A program made the translations under genes and the position numbers. This document shows positions 10,237 to 19,963 of a stretch of 59,034 nucleotides of DNA, in pieces. How positions within the stretch are numbered: the first letter of the stretch is position 1; each line of letters starts with the position of its first letter. The notes under the pieces are model-generated. The model was not told the origin of the DNA. It saw only the letters and a list, made by a program, of their open reading frames with translations, and ran no database searches. This DNA comes from an uncultured Bacillaceae bacterium (GTDB lineage Bacteria > Bacillota > Bacilli > Bacillales > Alkalibacillaceae): contig CALGNY010000210.1 of assembly GCA_937958375.1 (NCBI GenBank), positions 1 through 59,034 of the forward strand, read 5' to 3'.

Positions 10237-10336
10237 TTACACGAAATTATTCAAATCATTGATATAATAGTAGTAGCATCGACAAGAATCGCAAATGAAC
10301 TGATGAACAAAATGCGTTATGAAGGTGAGGATACAC

Positions 10337-11389
10337 ATGATTCGTTATGATGATTTGTTATTGAACTTATTTCATCTGATAGAAAACGAACGGTCGATGA
10401 GCTCAATCTATTATTTGTTAAAAGGTAAAAAATCCTCACAGACCATACAGGACGCCTATTTATTTCAGATGGAAAATTCTTATGGCATCCTTAAGAACCT
10501 ATCAAAGCAACATTTCACCGAGGCGGTTCAACGACTTGCAGACAAGCAACTGATTACTATCGAAAAGGAACAAATCTATTTGACTGACCAAGGTAGAAGA
10601 CGCGTTCTTCAACTGGATCAATCGATGTTTGTCTTATTAAAGGGACATATTTATCACAAATCCGATCATCTATTTAAAGACACGTTGTTGCTTCTTTTTC
10701 AAACGGTATCGATGTTAATCCAAAAACAAAATCGATTTATCCCAATCGTAGACCAACCGTACGTTCAAACGAAAGTTAAGAAGATTTTGCTAGCCTATCG
10801 CAAGAACGTTAAGCAGCTTGCCGATCAGCTTTTCGAAGAGTTATATAGAACTTTATCTGTTGTGCCTGATCAAAGTGCGACCCTTTTTATGCAACAATTT
10901 TCAGGTTATCAACGAATCGGGAAAAGTATGCAACAACTTGCAGACCATACCGGTTGGATGAAAGAAGATATTCATTTACATACCTTTGTCGTCGTTCATC
11001 AGATGATGTCAATCATTGAACAAAAACGCGAGGATTTCCCTTTATTATCAAATCTTATTGAAAAGCACTCTTCCCGATTGACAGCTTCTGCTCAACGGAC
11101 ACAAGAATTGTTCCATGCGGGAAAAACATTTGATGAGATTGTTGAAATCCGGAATTTGAAAGAGAGTACGATTCAAGATCATTTTATTGAAATGGCTACC
11201 TACCATATAGATTTTCCGATTCATGACTTTCTGCCGGATGACAAATTAAAACGTGTATTGGAAGTAATTCAACATGCTGAAACAAAGAAATTGAAGCCAA
11301 TCAAGGAGCTAGTCGGTGAAGATATTAGCTACTTCCAAATTCGTCTGGCGATTGCTGTGATCAATCAACGAAAGAAGGTATCCGTATGA
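10337..11389 (+). CDS. ypbB: YpbB-family helix-turn-helix protein (RecS partner)
   Basis: LLKGKKSSQTIQD motif, C-terminal HTH (RNLKESTIQDH, SYFQIRL); overlaps the recQ gene. Confidence 0.82.
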   Translation: MIRYDDLLLNLFHLIENERSMSSIYYLLKGKKSSQTIQDAYLFQMENSYGILKNLSKQHFTEAVQRLADKQLITIEKEQIYLTDQGRRRVLQLDQSMFVLLKGHIYHKSDHLFKDTLLLLFQTVSMLIQKQNRFIPIVDQPYVQTKVKKILLAYRKNVKQLADQLFEELYRTLSVVPDQSATLFMQQFSGYQRIGKSMQQLADHTGWMKEDIHLHTFVVVHQMMSIIEQKREDFPLLSNLIEKHSSRLTASAQRTQELFHAGKTFDEIVEIRNLKESTIQDHFIEMATYHIDFPIHDFLPDDKLKRVLEVIQHAETKKLKPIKELVGEDISYFQIRLAIAVINQRKKVSV

Positions 11390-12870
11390 ATGACGTGCAC
11401 AACAAGGATTTAAATGACGCTCTGAAATTCCATTTCGGACATGATGACTTTCGGTTAGGTCAAAAAGAGATTATAGAATCCATCATGAATGGCTACGACA
11501 CTTTGGCGACATTGCCGACCGGGAGTGGCAAGTCGATTTGCTATCAGTTACCGGCTTTGCTCGGTGAAGGCATCACGATCGTTGTATCCCCTTTGATTTC
11601 CTTGATGGTCGATCAAGTGAAGCTGTTGAAAGCAGAAGGGATCAAACGAGTAGCTGCCCTGAACAGTTTGATGGATCCGAAGCAAAAATCGGTTGTGTTG
11701 AACCAATTGAATCAATATAAAATCCTCTATTGTTCGCCTGAAATGCTCCAACAGCAACATGTGACGGAACGTTTATCTTTGATGAAAATCGATTATTTGG
11801 TCATCGATGAAGCGCATTGCATCAGTCAGTGGGGACATGAGTTTCGGCCAGACTTTTTACGGTTAAAAGACGTGATTCGCCAATTGGATCATCCCACAGT
11901 ACTCGCGTTAAGTGCGACGGCGACACCTGCGATTCAAGAAGATATTATGAAACAATTAGAAATTGATATGAACAAATTAATCTATCCGATCGATCGACCA
12001 AACATCACGTTTTCGGTTTCCGAAATCCCATCAGAAGAGAAATTGGCCCACTTAATCGATATACTGGAACATAAGAAAGTACCTACCATGATTTATTTTT
12101 CTTCTCGAAAAATGAGTGAATTTGTCTGCCGGTCCTTGCAAAAGGAATTTCCCGATCGTGAAGTTGCCTTTTATCACGGAGGAATGGAGCAGCAGGACCG
12201 ATTATTGATTCAGCAACAATTCATGCATGACCAACTCGACATCATTTGTTGCACGAGTGCATTCGGGATGGGCGTCAATAAAGGGAATATCCGACTTGTT
12301 ATTCATTATCACATGCCACCGACCATCGAATCATTGATCCAAGAAGTCGGACGTGCTGGAAGAGATGGGCAGCCGAGTGTTTCGATTGTGCTGTATTCTC
12401 CTGGAGATGAAGGGTTACCTTTTCAATTGATCCAAAGTGAACTACCTTCTGAAAATGAGGTTGAGTTTTATCTGAATGGAAGAGAAAGCGGACAAAATCC
12501 CGAGGAATTTCTTGATGAGTCAAAAATTCGCTTTTTGCGGCTACAAGATGAGCAAATTAAGCCTTTTGAACGAATAGGCGACAAGAAGCAAGCCATCATG
12601 GAATATCGTAATGAAAGAGAACGAGTAAAATCAAACGGTGTCCTACAGCTATTGGAATGGATCCAGACTTCATCTTGTCGAAGAACCGAGTTATATTCGC
12701 TCTTCCAAAACAACGTCATGCCAGCTAGTGCTGCATGTTGCGATCGGTGTGACTTCTCGCTGCATGAATGGCAGAATCTACGCGAGGAAGAAAGGCGTCA
12801 GCAAACATCCTTTCAAGACAATTGGGTATCACTTCTCGAACAATTATTGGATAGAAAGGTGCAATCATGA
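11386..12870 (+). CDS. recQ: Short RecQ-family DNA helicase (RecS/YpbC)
   Basis: PTGSGKS, DEAHCISQWGHEFRP, SAT, QEVGRAGRDG, Zn-binding CRR..CCDRC; no HRDC domain. Confidence 0.92.
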   Translation: MNDVHNKDLNDALKFHFGHDDFRLGQKEIIESIMNGYDTLATLPTGSGKSICYQLPALLGEGITIVVSPLISLMVDQVKLLKAEGIKRVAALNSLMDPKQKSVVLNQLNQYKILYCSPEMLQQQHVTERLSLMKIDYLVIDEAHCISQWGHEFRPDFLRLKDVIRQLDHPTVLALSATATPAIQEDIMKQLEIDMNKLIYPIDRPNITFSVSEIPSEEKLAHLIDILEHKKVPTMIYFSSRKMSEFVCRSLQKEFPDREVAFYHGGMEQQDRLLIQQQFMHDQLDIICCTSAFGMGVNKGNIRLVIHYHMPPTIESLIQEVGRAGRDGQPSVSIVLYSPGDEGLPFQLIQSELPSENEVEFYLNGRESGQNPEEFLDESKIRFLRLQDEQIKPFERIGDKKQAIMEYRNERERVKSNGVLQLLEWIQTSSCRRTELYSLFQNNVMPASAACCDRCDFSLHEWQNLREEERRQQTSFQDNWVSLLEQLLDRKVQS

Positions 12871-13448
12871 CAAAACAAAGAAAAACACAAGAGGAATTGA
12901 TCAAAGAGCTTTCCGACCGGGAACTTGCTTTAAATGTACTACTCAATCAACTGATTTTTTTATTCATCGCAGTCGTTTGTTTTTATCTATTGTTCAGTTG
13001 GGATGAATTCATCGGACTGTTTGCGTGGAATCTGCCAGAAATCCTATTATACGGTCTGCTTCCTGGAACAATCATTGTCCTGATCGATCTATTACTCATT
13101 CGGTTTGTTTCCAAAAAGCATTGGGATGACGGCGGAGTCAATGAGAAGCTATTTCGTTCGCTTAACGCAAGTCAAATCTTTCTGTTTGCAGTGGTCATCG
13201 GTGTTTCTGAAGAATTCCTCTTTAGAGGGGTTATACATACTGAACTAGGGTATATAATAGCAAGCGTCGTTTTTGCACTCATGCACTTTAGGTATTTGAG
13301 TAAACCGGTCTTACTCGTGTCCATTCTCTTATTATCCTTCTTGATCGGATATATGTATGAAGCTACAGGAAATCTGTTGGTACCTATTGTCGCACACGTA
13401 TGGATCGATTTTTTACTTGGACTTTATTATCGATATCAAATGAATTAA
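12867..13448 (+). CDS. ypbD: CPBP/CAAX-family intramembrane protease (YpbD)
   Basis: SEEFLFRG, FALMH and AHVWID motifs; hydrophobic. Confidence 0.88.
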   Translation: MTKQRKTQEELIKELSDRELALNVLLNQLIFLFIAVVCFYLLFSWDEFIGLFAWNLPEILLYGLLPGTIIVLIDLLLIRFVSKKHWDDGGVNEKLFRSLNASQIFLFAVVIGVSEEFLFRGVIHTELGYIIASVVFALMHFRYLSKPVLLVSILLLSFLIGYMYEATGNLLVPIVAHVWIDFLLGLYYRYQMN

Positions 13449-13457
13449 ATGAGGTGA

Positions 13458-13703
13458 GTGGTTATGCAAGAATTGAAAACACCAAGTGAACTGGACGACT
13501 CGTTTGCCACAACTTCAGAAGAAGATCTATTGAAGGAGGTTGGTCTTCCGAGTCGTAGTGAGCGAAAGCGGCGAAGAAACCGTAAGTCTAAAACGGTCAG
13601 TGAAGAGAAAAACCTTTTCTATCATCATTTGTTATTGAACAGTATGGTCGTTGTGTTTATTCTTCTGATTGTCATTTTGCCATTTTTCATTTCACCAAAT
13701 TAA
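13458..13703 (+). CDS. Small tail-anchored membrane protein, YpbE N-terminal-like
   Basis: GAGGTG SD; LPSRSE plus basic run plus C-terminal TM; occupies the ypbE position. Confidence 0.6.
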   Translation: MVMQELKTPSELDDSFATTSEEDLLKEVGLPSRSERKRRRNRKSKTVSEEKNLFYHHLLLNSMVVVFILLIVILPFFISPN

Positions 13704-13765
13704 GTGATGGCAAAGAAGGATTCCGGCCCGATTTGTTGAATATGATAAGATAGGCCAAAGGGGGA

Positions 13766-14407
13766 ATGTTTATGTTCGTACGTAGTGTGATGATGCCCAA
13801 AAATGATTGCTTGGTAGCAGAAGAAAACCAGTCTCTACAAGAGGTTCTGGAATCTTTCGACCGTAACGATATTGAGGGTATGCCTGTTGTGAAAGATGGA
13901 AAATATAAAGGCATGATCACGAAGCAACGAATTTATGAGTCATATTTTGAAAACGTAGAAGAAGACAAACAATTGTTTCTTGAAAATCATCAAGTGAATG
14001 AAGTCCTGAGTCATGCGGATGTTTCTGTCCATAAAGACGATGTATTTGAAAGTGCGTTCAAATCACTAAAAGGGGATCCGATCATCGCGGTGGTCGACGA
14101 CGAAAATAATTTTTTGGGAATCGTTACGCGTTATGATGCCATCGAGCAATTCGAAAGTGTTTTCGGAATGAAAAAAACAGGAATCCGGATCACTTTTTCA
14201 ACGACTGAGCAGGAAGGAATCTTATATCGATTGACGGACATCATCAAAAAACATCATGAAAATGTGATTTCATTGACTACGTTCGATGAAACAGGTAAAT
14301 TAACAAGAAGGATTGTACTAAAAATTGAAGATAAGGACCACACCGAATCGTTCATAAAAGATTTGGAGAAGGCTGGTTTTAGGGTATTAGATGTAAAGGA
14401 ACAATAA
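13766..14407 (+). CDS. CBS-pair plus ACT-like domain protein
   Basis: Two CBS repeats (GMPVV..GMIT; IAVVD..GIVT) and a C-terminal ACT-like segment ending LEKAGFRVLD. Confidence 0.8.
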   Translation: MFMFVRSVMMPKNDCLVAEENQSLQEVLESFDRNDIEGMPVVKDGKYKGMITKQRIYESYFENVEEDKQLFLENHQVNEVLSHADVSVHKDDVFESAFKSLKGDPIIAVVDDENNFLGIVTRYDAIEQFESVFGMKKTGIRITFSTTEQEGILYRLTDIIKKHHENVISLTTFDETGKLTRRIVLKIEDKDHTESFIKDLEKAGFRVLDVKEQ

Positions 14408-14412
14408 CTTTT

Positions 14413-14444
14413 TGTGACTCCGGTTCGTGCAAGCTGGAGTTACA
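14413..14444 (+). terminator. Hairpin after the CBS gene
   Basis: TGTGACTCCGG / CTGGAGTTACA stem; weak U tail. Confidence 0.4.
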
Positions 14445-14606
14445 ATCGATACATATTTTTCGAGGAATCTCGACTTTTTAGAGCGAATCGACTTTTTTAA
14501 TTCAGTGAAATGATTTAAAATTAATCATGGGCTTTTTAAGGTTGCACAGGCTTTATTGAGGATTTGACTTCATATATTAAGATAGATAACTTTTGGGGGT
14601 GGTTAC

Positions 14607-15182
14607 GTGCGTTTAGAGAGAATTAGCGTTAACCAATTCAAAATCTTTTTGACTTATACGGATTTGAAAGAACGTGGATATTCAAAAGAAGAATTGTGGA
14701 ACAACTTACCGAAGGCAAATGAGCTTTTTCAAGATATGTTATATGAGGCTTGTGATGAGCTAGGTATTGAATTGGACGGAAAATTGGTTGTTCAAGTTTA
14801 TATGTTGCAAGCACAAGGTATGGTAATAGTAGTCACACAGAAAAATGATGGATTAGCGGATGACGATTTCATTGAATTGAAAGTGACGATGGATGAAAGC
14901 AAGGAGCTTATGTTTGTTTTTGATGAGTTTGAAGACTTGATCCAGGCGGCCAATTCATTCATAAAAGCCGGTCAGTATCCAGCGTCCTTGTATCATTATG
15001 AAGACTTTTACTATGTAAACATTCATGATGACTATTTGACTGAATCGTCTCAGGAAGAAATCATTTCGATCCTCTCAGAATTTTCTTCCCCTTCCACGAT
15101 GACATCGTATGTTCTCGAGGAGTACGGGAAATGCATCATTCGGAAAGAGGCCTTTGAAACCATTCAGCACTATTTTAATTGA
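14607..15182 (+). CDS. mecB: MecA paralog adaptor MecB/YpbH
   Basis: MRLERIS..KIFLT..DLKERG N-terminus, FDEFEDLI, LEEYGK. Confidence 0.88.
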   Translation: MRLERISVNQFKIFLTYTDLKERGYSKEELWNNLPKANELFQDMLYEACDELGIELDGKLVVQVYMLQAQGMVIVVTQKNDGLADDDFIELKVTMDESKELMFVFDEFEDLIQAANSFIKAGQYPASLYHYEDFYYVNIHDDYLTESSQEEIISILSEFSSPSTMTSYVLEEYGKCIIRKEAFETIQHYFN

Positions 15183-15193
15183 AAAAGGGTGAA

Positions 15194-16129
15194 ATGATGA
15201 ACATAGCTGTGTTATATGGTGGGACATCGAAAGAAAGAGAAGTATCCTTATCCACTGGGGAGGGGATGATACAAGCGGTCAAGCGACTGGGCCATGATGT
15301 CATTCCGATTGACTTTGACCCGGCCAATTTGACTGAGCATATCGAGCAACTGAAAGGCGTTGATCTCGTTTTGATCGGTCTCCATGGCAAACAAGGAGAA
15401 GATGGGACGGTCCAAGGATGGTTGGAATTACTGAACTTACCTTACCTTGGCTCCGGTGTACTCGCTTCTTCTTTGGCGATGGATAAATCGCGGGCAAAGA
15501 AAATTTTTGCCGATGAAGGTCTGCCAATCGCAAGAAGCAAAACATTCAGTACAAGAGACCCGATCCAAACGATTTATCAAGAAATCGTTGAATCGTTTCA
15601 TTATCCATTTGTCATCAAACCGAATCAAGAAGGATCGACATTAGGTTTGACTTTCGTTCACGAAGAAAATGAAATCGATGAAGCGATTCACCTCGCTTTT
15701 GCTCATGATGACCAACTGATCGTTGAAGATTTTATTGAAGGCAGAGAGTTGACCGTGTCGATTTTCGGCAACCAAGGTGAAGAGAAAGCATTGCCGATCA
15801 TCGAAATTATACCAAAGAACAAATATTACGATTACGAAGCAAAATATAGTGAAGGCGGCAGCGAACATATCGTCCCCGCTAATTTGGATGAATCCTTAAC
15901 GGAGAAGGTACAAGAGTTGGCCGTACGGGCTCACCAAGCATTAGCATGTGAGTCCTACTCACGTGTGGATTTTATTTTGAACAAAGACAACCAACCCATC
16001 ATTCTGGAGGTGAATACGCTTCCAGGTATGACTCCTACCAGCTTGTATCCGGATGCTGCTTCCGCAATCGGATTGACGTATGAAGAAATGATGGAAAAAT
16101 TGATCAATCTGGCCACGAATAATCAATAA
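15194..16129 (+). CDS. ddl: D-alanine--D-alanine ligase (short type)
   Basis: GGTSKEREVSL, LHGKQGEDG, KPNQEGS, YDYEAKY, EVNTLPGMT. Confidence 0.93.
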   Translation: MMNIAVLYGGTSKEREVSLSTGEGMIQAVKRLGHDVIPIDFDPANLTEHIEQLKGVDLVLIGLHGKQGEDGTVQGWLELLNLPYLGSGVLASSLAMDKSRAKKIFADEGLPIARSKTFSTRDPIQTIYQEIVESFHYPFVIKPNQEGSTLGLTFVHEENEIDEAIHLAFAHDDQLIVEDFIEGRELTVSIFGNQGEEKALPIIEIIPKNKYYDYEAKYSEGGSEHIVPANLDESLTEKVQELAVRAHQALACESYSRVDFILNKDNQPIILEVNTLPGMTPTSLYPDAASAIGLTYEEMMEKLINLATNNQ

Positions 16130-16161
16130 TGGTGAAGTATGAATTAGTTAAGGAAATATGG

Positions 16162-16189
16162 TTGCATAATGTATATTTGGTTGTATACT
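16162..16189 (+). promoter_or_regulatory. Putative SigA promoter of gudB
   Basis: TTGCAT-N16-TATACT. Confidence 0.55.
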
Positions 16190-16247
16190 AATCATTGAAA
16201 GCTTGTTTATTAGTTTTAAATGGTTGCTTAATTTAGGAGGTAAACGA

Positions 16248-17519
16248 ATGGTAGCCGAGAAGTCAACAGACTCCAACAAAGGGAAAGATGATATCTTAGT
16301 ATCTACACAGAAGGTGATTAAGGAAGCTTTAGATAAATTGGGCTATCCTGAGGAAGCATTTGAATTGATGAAAGAGCCAATCCGGATGATCACAGTTAGA
16401 ATTCCAATCCGGATGGACGACGGGAAAACGAAAGTCTTTACAGGGTATCGTGCGCAACACAATGATGCGATTGGCCCAACGAAAGGCGGAGTACGTTTTC
16501 ATCCTGAAGTAACGGAAAAAGAAGTCAGTGCACTATCGATTTGGATGACACTGAAATCCGGTATCGTCGACCTGCCATATGGCGGGGGTAAAGGTGGAAT
16601 CATCTGTGATCCTCGTGAAATGTCTTTCCGCGAATTAGAGGCTCTAAGTCGTGGTTATGTCCGTGCATTATCCCAAGTTGTCGGACCGACGAAAGACATC
16701 CCAGCGCCAGATGTATTCACGAACTCCCAAATCATGGCTTGGATGATGGATGAATACAGCCGAATTGACGAATTCAATAGCCCAGGATTTATCACAGGTA
16801 AACCGATTGTTCTTGGAGGTTCACACGGTAGGGAGTCTGCAACAGCAAAAGGTGTCACAATCTGTATAGAAGAAGCAGCAAAAAAACGTGGGATTGATAT
16901 CAAAAGTGCACGCGTCATCGTTCAAGGTTTCGGTAACGCGGGTAGCTTTTTGGCTAAATTCATGCATGATATGGGTGCAAAAGTCATCGCAATCTCTGAT
17001 GCAGAAGGTGCCTTGCACGATCCGGATGGTTTGGATATCGATTATCTCTTGGACCGCCGTGATAGTTTTGGAACCGTCACAAACTTATTTGATGACACGA
17101 TCACGAACCAAGAAATGCTTGAACTGGATACAGATATCCTCGTTCCTGCAGCTGTTCAAAACCAAATCACCGCTGAAAATGCGCATAATATCAAAGCTGA
17201 AATTGTTGTAGAAGCTGCCAACGGTCCAACGACATTAGAAGCTACCAAGATTTTGACCGAACGAGGCATTTTGCTTGTCCCTGACGTACTGGCGTCTTCT
17301 GGGGGCGTAACCGTTTCTTACTTTGAATGGGTCCAAAATAACCAAGGTTATTATTGGAAAGAAGAAGAAGTACAAGAAAAGCTACGCGAAGTACTCGTAC
17401 GCTCCTTCAATAATGTATACACCACCGCACAAAACAGACAAATCGATATGCGACTAGCAGCCTATATGGTCGGTGTCCGTAAAGCAACCGAGGCCGCTCG
17501 ATATAGAGGCTGGATTTAA
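16248..17519 (+). CDS. gudB: NAD-specific glutamate dehydrogenase GudB
   Basis: GPTKGGVRFHP, GGGKGG, PAPD, QGFGNAG, VSYFEWVQN; ATG after AGGAGG. Confidence 0.95.
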   Translation: MVAEKSTDSNKGKDDILVSTQKVIKEALDKLGYPEEAFELMKEPIRMITVRIPIRMDDGKTKVFTGYRAQHNDAIGPTKGGVRFHPEVTEKEVSALSIWMTLKSGIVDLPYGGGKGGIICDPREMSFRELEALSRGYVRALSQVVGPTKDIPAPDVFTNSQIMAWMMDEYSRIDEFNSPGFITGKPIVLGGSHGRESATAKGVTICIEEAAKKRGIDIKSARVIVQGFGNAGSFLAKFMHDMGAKVIAISDAEGALHDPDGLDIDYLLDRRDSFGTVTNLFDDTITNQEMLELDTDILVPAAVQNQITAENAHNIKAEIVVEAANGPTTLEATKILTERGILLVPDVLASSGGVTVSYFEWVQNNQGYYWKEEEVQEKLREVLVRSFNNVYTTAQNRQIDMRLAAYMVGVRKATEAARYRGWI

Positions 17520-17534
17520 TAATTTTATCTATAC

Positions 17535-17574
17535 ACACAAACCGCAGCAATAATGTTGCGGTTTGTGTTTTTTT
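17535..17574 (+). terminator. Terminator after gudB
   Basis: ACACAAACCGCAGCA / TGTTGCGGTTTGTGT stem plus T run. Confidence 0.85.
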
Positions 17575-17860
17575 ATTTGGATTTTTACATCCGTTTTTGC
17601 GAACGATTTGTATATACTGTCTAGGACATGCTGAAATTTCGGTTGCAACTGTTGGAGTATGCCCCCTGACTACTGAGTTTTCTGTCCTAACTAATAAAAA
17701 TTGTGCCCAATACCTATAAAGTCAACTCGACTCTTCAGATCTTCAACTAGAATCTAACATACACCTGAACTATTTCGGCAGTTTAATCATTGATTAAACG
17801 GACATCTTCTCCTATCATTGATTTGGTAGGATTTTTTTGAACATACAGGAGTGTGGAAGC

Positions 17861-18847
17861 ATGCAAAGGGAAAAAGTATTGATTGTCGGTGCAGGCCCTT
17901 GTGGTTTATCAACGGCAATTGAGTTAAAGAACAGAGGAATTGATGCCTTAATCATTGAAAAAGGGAACGTTGCGGATGCGATTTATCATTATCCGACACA
18001 TCAAACGTTTTTCAGCTCGAGCGATCGGTTGGAAATTGGAGATATCCCTTTTGTGACTGAACGACAAAAGCCTGTTCGGAACGAGGCATTAACGTATTAT
18101 CGTACGGTGGCGGAGCGTACTGGTTTACGTATCCATAACTATGAGACAGTGAATTCAGTCAAAAAAAGTAATGATGTGTTCAGCATAGAAACCACGAATG
18201 ATCGCGGTTTAAATAAACAATATGAAGCAGATTACGTCATTCTTGCCACAGGGTATTATGGTCAGCCCAATTCATTAAATGTAAAAGGCGAACATTTACC
18301 TCATGTATTTCATTATTTCAAAGAAGCCCATCCATATTTTCAGAAAAAAGTTGTTGTGATCGGCGGAAAAAATTCAGCCGTTGATGCGACGATTGAATTA
18401 GAAAAAGCGGGTGCAGATGTGACGGTTTTATACCGAGGCTCTGATTATTCCCCGAGTGTAAAGCCATGGATTTTACCGTTGTTCGATTCATTGATGCGAA
18501 ATGAAAAAGCAACGATACATTTTAATTCAACTGTCAAAGAAATCACAAACACGCATGTGATTTTTGATAAAAATGAAGAAACGCATCAGGTTGAAGCCGA
18601 TTTTGTGTTTGCCATGATTGGTTATCAACCGGATCAGGGCTTGCTGAAAGACAGTGGGATCGAAGTCGACGAGCAAGCTGTTCCTCAATTTAACGAGGAT
18701 ACGATGGAAACGAACGTGAAGGGACTCTATGTATCAGGAGTGGTTGCTTCCGGGTATAATAACAACAAAATTTTTATCGAAAATGGACGATTTCATGGTG
18801 GTTTGATTGCTGAGCACATTTCTCAAAATGAATCGAGCGGTAGGTGA
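17861..18847 (+). CDS. ypdA: YpdA-family bacillithiol disulfide reductase
   Basis: GAGPCG, YPTHQTFFS, GGKNSAVD, FIENGRFHG. Confidence 0.92.
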   Translation: MQREKVLIVGAGPCGLSTAIELKNRGIDALIIEKGNVADAIYHYPTHQTFFSSSDRLEIGDIPFVTERQKPVRNEALTYYRTVAERTGLRIHNYETVNSVKKSNDVFSIETTNDRGLNKQYEADYVILATGYYGQPNSLNVKGEHLPHVFHYFKEAHPYFQKKVVVIGGKNSAVDATIELEKAGADVTVLYRGSDYSPSVKPWILPLFDSLMRNEKATIHFNSTVKEITNTHVIFDKNEETHQVEADFVFAMIGYQPDQGLLKDSGIEVDEQAVPQFNEDTMETNVKGLYVSGVVASGYNNNKIFIENGRFHGGLIAEHISQNESSGR

Positions 18848-18853
18848 AGTTAA

Positions 18854-19810
18854 ATGAAAAAAGTTGTACTCATTACAACCGGTGGGACGATTGCCAGTAA
18901 ACCGAAAGAACCGAGCGGTAAGTTGGATTCCGGCGCAATGTCCGGCGAAGAATTGGCGGAACTCTGTGATTTACCGAAAGATATTGATATTGAGATTGAT
19001 TCAGCAATCCAGAAACCAAGTATCCATTTGACGAACGAAGATTGGATGATTTTAAAAGAACGGATCGACAGCCATTTTGAGAATCCTGACGTTGATGGCG
19101 TTGTCGTGACGCATGGAACGGATACGCTGGAAGAAACGGCTTATTTTTTTGATTTGACGGTTGAAGATGAACGGCCTGTCGTCGTAACAGGATCCCAACG
19201 ATCCATTGCCGATTTGGGTAGTGATGTATATATCAATTTACGTCATGCGATCTATTCAGCCAGTCACCCAGATCTGAAAAACTGCGGCACCGTGGTCGTC
19301 TTCAATGAACGGATCTTTGCTGCAAGATATGTAAAAAAAGAACATGCCAGCAATATTCAAGGCTTTAATGCATTTGGTTTCGGCTATTTAGGGATTATTG
19401 ATAATGATGAGGTCGTTCTCTTCCAAAAGCCGGTTCTTCGGGATGTATTCGAAATCAAAGAAGAGTTACCGCGTGTAGATATCGTCAAATGCCATACGGA
19501 TAGTGATGGTGTCGTCATTGATGCACTCAGAGAGGCAGGAAGTGCTGGAATTATTATCGAAGGGGTCGGGCGTGGACAAGTGGCTCCGAATATGGTGCCA
19601 GCCATAAAACGGTGTATCGAGAGTGGTATTCCCGTTGTGATCACCACGTCTTCTGAAGAGGGAGCGGTTTATCCGACCTACGATTACCCAGGAAGTGCCT
19701 ATGATCTTCATAATGAACAAGTGATCTTAGGAAAAGATTATGACAGCAAAAAAGCGCGTGTTCGTTTGGCCGTCCAGCTAGCATCCAAGCAAGATAACCT
19801 TTTATTCTAA
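18854..19810 (+). CDS. L-asparaginase
   Basis: TGGTIAS and HGTDTLEET catalytic Thr motifs; no signal peptide. Confidence 0.92.
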   Translation: MKKVVLITTGGTIASKPKEPSGKLDSGAMSGEELAELCDLPKDIDIEIDSAIQKPSIHLTNEDWMILKERIDSHFENPDVDGVVVTHGTDTLEETAYFFDLTVEDERPVVVTGSQRSIADLGSDVYINLRHAIYSASHPDLKNCGTVVVFNERIFAARYVKKEHASNIQGFNAFGFGYLGIIDNDEVVLFQKPVLRDVFEIKEELPRVDIVKCHTDSDGVVIDALREAGSAGIIIEGVGRGQVAPNMVPAIKRCIESGIPVVITTSSEEGAVYPTYDYPGSAYDLHNEQVILGKDYDSKKARVRLAVQLASKQDNLLF

Positions 19811-19838
19811 GAGACAGAAATGGAATACAATCGTAATC

Positions 19839-19884
19839 AGACTGAAAGACAGATGATGAACAATCTGTTTTTCAGTCTTTTTTT
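19839..19884 (+). terminator. Terminator after the asparaginase gene
   Basis: AGACTGAAAGACAGAT / ATCTGTTTTTCAGTCT plus T run. Confidence 0.8.
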
Positions 19885-19963
19885 GATGTTGAAATCGAAT
19901 ATTTTTCATGACGGAGGCGAAAGATATGAAAAGTTAATAGGAAATTGAGGAGGGTAACCAAGC

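Noticed and set aside
14460-14500. Short direct repeat TCGACTTTTT upstream of mecB
   Set aside because: Only two copies of a low-complexity 10-mer; cannot be told from chance.
15194-16129. Van-type glycopeptide resistance ligase
   Set aside because: Motifs are of the D-Ala-D-Ala type and there are no vanH/X/R/S neighbours.
16248-17519. Cryptic gudB with a 9-bp duplication as in B. subtilis 168
   Set aside because: The region reads EKEVSALSIW with no tandem duplication; the gene looks intact.
19900-19940. SigG promoter for sleB
   Set aside because: Expected from biology, but the match (TCATG..AAAAGTTA) is too loose to annotate.
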